A stretch of DNA of 64,000 bases, taken from NCBI RefSeq assembly GCF_004010195.1, contig NC_057748.1, forward strand, positions 331,132 to 395,131, in the 5' to 3' direction. The notes below the pieces were generated by a model. The model worked only from the letters and a program-made list of their open reading frames with translations, was not told the DNA's origin and did not search any database. The position numbers were made by a program, and so were the translations under genes. The first letter of the stretch is position 1; each line of letters begins with the position of its first letter. This DNA comes from Chiloscyllium plagiosum. Taxonomy: Eukaryota. Positions 56,355 through 64,000 of this stretch are shown in pieces.

Positions 56355-56690
56355 TAGATTAGATTAGATTTCCTCAGTACAGAAACAGGCCCTTCGGCCC
56401 AGCAAGTCTACACTGACCCTCCGAAGAGTAACCCACCCAGACCCATTCCCCCACCTTATATTCACCCCTGACTAATGCACCTCACACCACGGACAATTTA
56501 GCATGGCCAATTCAACTGACCTGCACATCCTTTGGACTGTGGGAGGAAACTGGAGCACCCGGAGGAAACCCACGCAGACACGGGGAGAACGTGCAAACTC
56601 CGCACAGACAGTCGCCCGAGGCTGGAATCGAACCTGGGACCCTGGTGCTATGAGGCAGCAGTGTTAACCACTGAGTCACCATGCAACCCT
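56355..56690 (-). mobile_element. HE1-type tRNA-derived SINE
   Basis: Reverse complement of the 27674 family, with an (AATCT)n tail. Confidence 0.88.
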
Positions 56691-58358
56691 GTTACCTGTT
56701 AATAATTCCATTCATGAAACTTTTGGGAGATGACATTTGTCTGCTATATGTTCCTTCGTGCAGGTTGGACTGTTGCTTTTAGAGATGGGTGTTCTCTACC
56801 CATTTCCACTGTCCAACAAAATCCAATATTCTGGGAAGTGGCTGTTTCAAAACTGCTTCATCCTTTTCTGCCACTGATTAACATCCCTTCAAAGGGCCTT
56901 CAATTCTTTTACTGGTGATTGGTTATTATCATCTTCCAATTTCCAGCCAACCAAATTCTTAACCGATTCTATTTCTCACTCCCACACAGCTGACACATTT
57001 CATGGACCAGAGCAACTTCCAAATGATTCGGGTGGCAGGTAAAGCACAGGACATTTATTCCTGCACCTGCACATTGCACTTTCTAACATTGTTTAAATGT
57101 GAACTCAAAAAGAACTGTAAAAGGGACAAGCTGGAGATGAGACAAGCCTCTGTTTCTGAGTTCTCCTCAGAGTCTGATTGTTTTTTGGACAGTAAATACT
57201 GTTCTTAGTTCCACTATTGTTTATTCACTGCCTTACTGCTAAATGCTGGTTATTCTGATGCTAACAAAACATTTTATTCTACTTTTAAATTGCTTTTAAA
57301 ATTAAATTGTTGTCATTCCTTTACTTAAAATACCAGTGCACAATTCCATTATTGTGCTGTATTGATCTCAATTTTTTTTTATCAGCTATTAATACTCTTG
57401 TTATGTATTTACTCTCTACACACCTTTTATGGCACATAATCTGCCAACACATTGATAATTACCTTTGTTATTGGCAAATCAGAAAGTTAATGAGGTGATA
57501 ACGTTTTTAAGGTTTCTGCTGAAGAGGATGGACTGACAGTGAATATAAAGCTCAAAAGCAGACAGATTGGCCTCAGATCCTCTAAAGCAGCAGAAGAGGT
57601 GGATTGTGATCTGAGTCAAGCTCATGGTCAGTTCCCCAGTCTGAGCTCTCTGCCAATCTGCTTTAAGTCTCCTGTCCCTAATTTAGGATCTGACCATCTA
57701 TCCGCATTTATCTGTATGTGAGACTGCATATTTTTATAATATTTTGTTCTGTATTGTTTGAATTATTTCTGGTTATTCTATTGAAATGAAGACTTTTTTT
57801 TAACAGCAGAAGTGATTGTAACTCGCATCTAACCTGTGGTTAAATGTACAAGTTCCTTACAACTATTTGTGAAGTGAACTTGCAGGTGGGAAAGAGGCCT
57901 TTCTGAAGCATTTATGCAAATTATGGTATTAAAGTTTAGTTGTTACAAGTTGTTCCTGGGGCAGATTTGACCAGCAAGGAGCAGGGGGCTCTAAATAGAG
58001 AAGCAGGTGCCACTTTCCTGGATCAATCTTAAAATGGGGCAGACTCTTCTGGTAAGTCTAAAGCACTCCTTTGGAAAGAAGGATGTGCATAACTGTTTGT
58101 GGCAATCCCACCAGGAAAGCCCCTCCCTTGCTGCCTGTCTAAAACCACTGTCTGAAACTGGCTGTTAGGTGGTAAATGATCTCCTGATCTCACTCAAAGC
58201 TAAATCCTGCCCAGCGCTTTATCCCTGTTTTGTAATTTGGGTGTAACATCTATTCTTTCTCTTTTTAAGAGTCAGTTTGTAGAATTGCTTTGAGACCACT
58301 TATCCTAAAATTATTAACAAATTGTTTTTTATTATTTAGACAACTCCACGTTGACATC

Positions 58359-58551
58359 ATGTTGTACTCGCTGTCTGTACCGTGTGTTGTGTTAATCCTG
58401 GCGATGTCCATCACAGGACTGATCCAACAGTCCCACCAGAGAGGTCTGGGCCGTGTGCGTCACACACGAGCATCCAATCAGCACCATCTCCTGTACCTGC
58501 AGATCAATGATGATGGACATGTCGACAAATCCAAGCATCAGAATGATTACA
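58359..58551 (+). CDS. First coding exon of an endocrine FGF (FGF19/21/23 family; FGF21-like by synteny); remaining exons not found in window
   Basis: MLYSLSVPCVVLILAMSITG is signal-peptide-like. It is followed by LYLQINDDGHVDKSKHQNDY(S) ending in a phase-1 A|gtaagt donor, the FGF exon 1 boundary (compare FGF23 [20 protein letters not shown]). A strong acceptor lies at 58339. Confidence 0.72.
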
Positions 58552-58704
58552 GTAAGTCAATGATCACTTTCCCACTGACGGTACATTTGTCATTTATTCA
58601 TGGTGAATGAGTTCAGATTTACCTGGGTGGCTAGAAGGATGATGGTGTGGTGCTGAGCTACAGGGAGTGGTCAGACCAGGAGGATGGTCACTGTCACTTA
58701 CACT

Positions 58705-59305
58705 TACAAATCAGGATAGACCATTCAGCCCCTCAAACCTGTTCCATTCAATAAGATTGTGGTTGATCTGATTATAATCTCAAATCCACTTCCCCGCTGC
58801 TAACCTTTCACCCCCTTGCTTACCAAGAATCTGTCTGCCTTTTCCTTAAAAATATTAAAGGATTTCCTTACACCATCATTTCAAAGTCACTGAACCCTCT
58901 GAATTTAATCTCTGTTTTAAGTGGGTACCTGTTATTTTTAAACAGTGACCCCCCCCTAGTTGTAGATTCACATCCAAGAGGAAACATCCTTTCCACACCA
59001 ACCAGGTCAAATCTCCTCAGGATCTTGTATGTTTCAATTAACTGACCTCTGACCCTTCTAAACTCTGGAGGATACAGGTTCAGCCCAGAATACAGACCCA
59101 ACTTGTCTAGCATTTCTCAGAAAGCCATCTGCTGGAAAATCTCAGCAGGTCTGGCCGCTTCTGTGGAGAGAAATCAGAGTTTTGAGCAGTGACGCTTGTT
59201 CAGAACTGGTCTTCAGAATTAGTCAAGTAAACCTCCTCTGAATTATTCGCAATGCAGTTCTATCATTCTTTAAATAAGGAGATCAATACTGTGCACTATA
59301 TTCCA
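58705..59305 (-). mobile_element. Old CR1 3' fragment
   Basis: Peptide EFRRVRGQLIETYKILRRFDLVGVERMFPL. Confidence 0.75.
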
Positions 59306-59359
59306 GAGTAGTGGTCCGAAAGCTAGTGTTTCCAAATAACCCTGTTGAACCATTTGAAC

Positions 59360-61070
59360 CTGGACTGCTTCAGTATCTGAGGAGTTGCGAATGGCACTGA
59401 CTATTGTGCGATCACCAGGGAACATCCCCACTTCGGGATTACCTTACACTGAAAGACTGAAGCGACTGGGCTTGTATACCCTTGAGTTTAGAAGACTGAG
59501 AGGGGATCTGATTGAGACGTATAAGATTATGAAAGGATTGGACACTCTGGCAGCAGGAAACATGTTTCCGCTGATGGGTGAGTGCCGAACCAGAGGACAC
59601 AGCTTAAAAATACGGGGTAGACCATTTAGGACAGAGATGAGGAGAAACTTCTTCACCCAGAGAGTGGTGGCTGTGTGGAATGCTCTGCCCCAGAGGGCAG
59701 TGGAGGCCCAGTCTCTGGATTCATTTAAGAAAGAGTTGGATAGAGCTCTCAAAGATAGTGGAATCAAGGGTTATGGAGATAAAGCAGGAAGAGGATACTG
59801 ATTAAGGATGATCAGCCATGATCATGTTGAATGGCGGGGCAGGCTCGAAGGGCTGAATGGCCTACTCCTGCACCTATTGTTTATTGTCTATTCTGACCTT
59901 ATGATGGAGGGAAGGTCATTTATGAAGTAGCTGAAGATGGTTGGGCCTGAGACACCACCCTGAGGATGCCCTGGAACCGAGATGACTGACCTCCAACAAC
60001 AACAACCATCTTCCTATATACCAGGTATTACTCTAACCAGCAGACACTTGACACCCTGATGCCCACTGATTCTAGTTTTGCCAGGGCTCCTTGATGCCAT
60101 ACTTGTCCAAATGCAGCCTTGATGTCAAGGGCTGTCAATCTCTCCTCATCTCTGGAATTTTTTGTCCATGTTTGAACCCAAGCTATAATGAGGTCAGGAG
60201 CTGAGTGGCCCTGGGGGATCCCAAACTGGGTGTCACTGAGCAGGTTATTGCTGAGCAGGTGCTGCTTGATGGCACTGTTGATGCCACCTTCCATCATGTT
60301 ACTGAGGATCGAGAGTAGACTGATGGGGTGGTAATTGGCCGGGTGCAATTTGTCCTGCTTTTTGTGTTCAGGACTTAGCTGAGCATCTTTTCATATGGTC
60401 AGGTAGATGCCAGTGTTGTAACGATTGGAACAGCTTGGCATAGGTAGCAGCAGGTTCTGGAGCACAAGTCTTCAATACTATTGCTGGAATGTTGTTAGGG
60501 CCCATGGCCGCTGTTTCTGGTGTCTCCAACGATTTCTTGATATCACATAGAGTGAATCGAATTGGTTGGAGACTGGAATCTGATGCTGGGGCTTTTGGAA
60601 GCCAAGATGGATCATCTCCTCAGCACTTCTGGCTGACTGTTGCAAATCCTTCAGCCTTATCCTTCACACTGATGTGTTGGGCTCTTTCATCATTAAAGAT
60701 GAGGATATTTGTGGAGTCTCCTCCTCCAGTGAATTGTTTAATTGTCCACCACGACTGGATGTGGCAGGAGCTTAGCCCTCATCTGATTATGGAATTGCTT
60801 AACTTTATCACTTCCTGCTTACACTATTTTGCCCACAAGTAGTCGTGTTGTGGATCTCGACCAGGTTGACACCTCATTTTCAGGTCTGCCTGGTGCTGCT
60901 CCTGACATGCCCTCCTGCACTTCCATTGAACCAGGGTTGATCCCCTGGTTTGATGGTAAAGGTAGAGTGGGGGATATGCTGGGCCATGAGGTTGCAGATT
61001 GTACTGGAGTATAATTCTGCTGCTGCTGCTGACAGCCCACAGCATTTCATGAATGCCCAGCCTTGATCTG
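59360..61070 (-). mobile_element. Decayed non-LTR retrotransposon RT (second LINE family)
   Basis: Peptide PANYHPISLLSILSNMMEG..LLSDTQFG...ALDIKAAFGQVWHQGALAKL. Confidence 0.8.
59435..59891 (+). mobile_element. Young CR1 3' end nested in the older LINE
   Basis: Intact frame LPYTERLKRLGLYTLEFRRLRGDLIETYKIMKG...GIKGYGDKAGRGY*, followed by a CR1 3'UTR and tail. Confidence 0.9.
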
Positions 61071-61649
61071 TCAAAATCTTTCAGATTTATCTTTCCCTAA
61101 GGAACATTGAGCCAGATGGAATTTCCCTGACAATTGATAACGGCTTTGTGGTCATCATTAGGCTTTAAATTTCATACCTTCATTGGATTCAAATCCTACC
61201 ATGGGCCTGTTTCCCAGAACATTACCTGAGTTTCTGGATTAATAGTCTAGTGATAATGCCACTTGGTCATCGCCTCCTCTTTAACCTGCTCCCTGGTTGG
61301 TTCCAGAACACGCTGTTCTAAAACACTGTCATTGAACTCCTTATCTTGGCCGACTCTTCCATTTGATATGTAGATTAAAATCTTGCATGATTATTATTGT
61401 GCCTTTCTGACAAGCTGTCATTATTTCTCCCTTTATGCACCAACCTTCTATATGATTGCAGTTTAGGGTCTGTAAATCACTCCCATAAGTGACTTCTTAC
61501 CTTTATCATTCTCATCCCTCCCCAAACTGTTTCCGCTCTCTGATTTCCTGAACCATAATTAACTAACAAAGCCACCCCTCCCTCCTGTCCTCCCTAAATG
61601 TCCCATATTCTTGAATATTCAGTTCCCAATCCAGGTCATCGTACAGCTA

Positions 61650-61965
61650 TGTCATAGAGTCATAGAGATGTACAGCATGGAAACACCCTTCGGTCCAACA
61701 CATCCATGCCAACCAGATATCCCAACTCAATCTAGTCCCACCTGCCAGTACCCGGCCCATATCCCTCCGAACCCTTCCTATTCATGTACCCATCCAAATG
61801 CCTTTTAAATGTTGCAATTGTACCAGCCTCCACCATCATTTATGTAAATGACAAAAAGTAGAGGACCCAGCACCGATCCTTGTGGCACTCCACTGGTCAC
61901 AGGCCTCCAGTCTGAAAAACACCCCTCCACCACCACCCTCTGTCTTCTACCTTTGAGCCAGTTCT
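61650..61965 (-). mobile_element. CR1 fragments
   Basis: The CR1 3' tail is joined to the [11 protein letters not shown] segment. Confidence 0.75.
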
Positions 61966-62844
61966 GTAATGGCTATCAGATCACACTTATTTATTTTTGT
62001 TTATGATCTGAGTTAATCTGTTAAGTGCTTTCAGATATAAAGCCTTTTATCCTTTTATTCTTTTTGTAATTCCGAGCCTTATCTGTAGATTTATTCTTCT
62101 GTATGTCCTCTTGATCTCTTCCTGTCAGTTTGTTTTATTGTTTCTCACATTAATGCCTTTCTATTTGAAATTGACCCTACTCTTTGTTTGACCTCATCTT
62201 ATCAAACTTTGGTCCCTGGCCCACACTATTTAGTTCAAATCCTCAATGCTTCCACAGATATGAGGCACATGAGAGCACTAGTTTCTGTACAGTATGGTCT
62301 GAGCCCTCTTCATTGGTATAGACCCCGTATTCCCCAGAACAGATGTCAGTGACTCATGTACAGGAACTCATTTGTCCACACCAGTCTCTGAGTCATGCAT
62401 TAATCTCTCTAATTTGATTCACCCTTTGCCAATTTGCAATACTCCAGACATTCTGACCTTTTCAGATTCTGCTTCTTTGGTGTCTATCCTGCATCCTTAC
62501 ATTATTCAAGTGTATACTTACTTATTTTACTCCCCCTTCCCAGCAGTTGCTGTACTTTAAGCACAGAATAAACCTTTAGCTATCAGCCCTGGGAAAAGTG
62601 AAAAATGGAATAGGTGATAATTAAGTATTCATGAGGCAATGTCAAAACAGTGTGTGTCTAAAGGAGCTTTGAAAGGCAGAGTGATGAGTACTTACCATTC
62701 AAAAGCAAAAATCAGTTTGAAATAGAGAAAAGACAAAACCAGCAAAGTTAAAAGAAACAAAATCAGAGGTTTACTTTTGGAGATAGAGAACTTGCTTAAA
62801 ATACTATCAAGTTTCCAGAAAAAGCTAGAATCCTCTGGCAAGCA

Positions 62845-63205
62845 AAATCATAGAAACCCTCCAGTGTGGAAAAAGGCTATTTGGCCCATCGAGTCCATAC
62901 CAACCCTCCTAAGAGGCTCCAGACCTAGCTCCTCCACCCTAGCCCTATAGTGTCACATTTACCATGACTAATCCACTTAATCTGCACACAACACCATTTC
63001 TAATCCACGTAACCTACACATAACAGAGCAATTTCCCATGGCCAATCCACCCTGACCTGTACATCTTTGGATTGTGGGAAGAAATTGGAGCACCCGGAGG
63101 AAACCCACGCAGACACGGGGAGAATGTGCAAACTCCACACAGTTAGTCATTCAAGGGTGGAATCAAACTCTGGTCCCAGGTGCTGTGAGGCAGCATGCCA
63201 ACCAC
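62845..63205 (-). mobile_element. HE1-type SINE, degenerate
   Basis: cacccggaggaaacccacgcagacacggggagaatgtgcaaactccacaca. Confidence 0.8.
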
Positions 63206-63489
63206 CAGAGGAGAAGCCTTAAAAACATATATACTTTACTGAGACCTGGGCAAATCCCAATTGTCAGTTAGTCCTGTTTCCCTGTATTAGTGGTTGGATC
63301 AGCTGGAATAACCAGTGCAGAACTTGTCCTCCTTTTGTCTCTGTTTGACGATATAAAGCCTTTTATCCTTTTATTCTTTTTGTAATTCCGAGCCTTATCT
63401 GTAGATTTATTCTTCTGTATGTCCTCTTGATCTCTTCCTGTCAGTTTGTTTTATTGTTTCTCACATTAATGCCTTTCTATTTGAAATCC

Positions 63490-63618
63490 ATTCCTGAAGA
63501 AGGGCTTATGCCCGAAACGTCGATTCTCCTGTTCCCTGGATGCTGCCTGACCTGCTGCGCTTTTCCAGCAACACATTTTCAGCTCTGATCTCCAGTATCT
63601 GCAGACCTCACTTTCTCT
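63490..63618 (+). mobile_element. Penelope-derived monomer (family A) starting at an intact hammerhead motif
   Basis: attc-CTGAAGA-A-GGGC-TTAT-GCCC-GAAA-CG-TC...ctgcagacctcactttctc. Confidence 0.82.
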
Positions 63619-64000
63619 TCATGTGAGGACATGGGTCCAGCCTGCAGTGATTAACTTGGCCTGCTACAGTGCTTCTTCCTCCCTTACGTTTTGAAGTTCA
63701 TTGAGTGAGCTCATAATTATTATATGAGGCAACAGTATCCAGTGAGTGAGTTTCAATACCTCAACTGTAGCATTGAGTGTTAGAGGGACAGTGAGCATGA
63801 TGAATGGTAGTCAAAGGAATCTAAACATTGGCTGCTTGGGAGTTCAGAGATATCTATCCTGGAAGGATCAGCAGCTTTCGGCTCTAATTCAGTGATAAAA
63901 GTTTATCAAAGAGTTGAGTTCAAATCTGCCCCCAGAAACTGGAACACAATCTTAATGCCCCTTTCGCACAGTTCAGTGGGTGAGGTGTTGGCCTGCATTA

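Overview
Vertebrate genomic DNA from a draft assembly with seven N-gaps. It is almost certainly a shark or other elasmobranch, inferred from HE1-type tRNA SINEs, CR1/HER1-like LINEs and Penelope-derived repeats. I reconstructed four spliced genes by hand from GT-AG boundaries and codon phase. (1) A tubby-family gene on the minus strand, with 12 coding exons from 26222 down to 3548 and its 3' end outside the window; it is TULP2 by synteny. (2) A complete nucleobindin-1 (NUCB1) on the plus strand, 30539-39676, 465 aa. (3) A compact PPP1R15A/GADD34-like gene on the minus strand, CDS 42340-40616, about 314 aa, with two uORFs, an ATF/CRE promoter and an intronic AARE+AP-1 cluster. (4) The first coding exon of an endocrine FGF (FGF19/21/23 family; FGF21 by synteny) at 58359-58551. 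This gene set matches the human 19q13.33 neighbourhood. The rest is mostly retroelement debris. The most unusual repeat-level signals are four families of minimal hammerhead-ribozyme motifs in Penelope-derived repeats, several ~180-bp fold-back inserts with target-site duplications (TSDs) and a hammerhead at the apex, and a full-length ORF1-only half-L1 element with a perfect TSD. Everything was read by eye; no searches were run.
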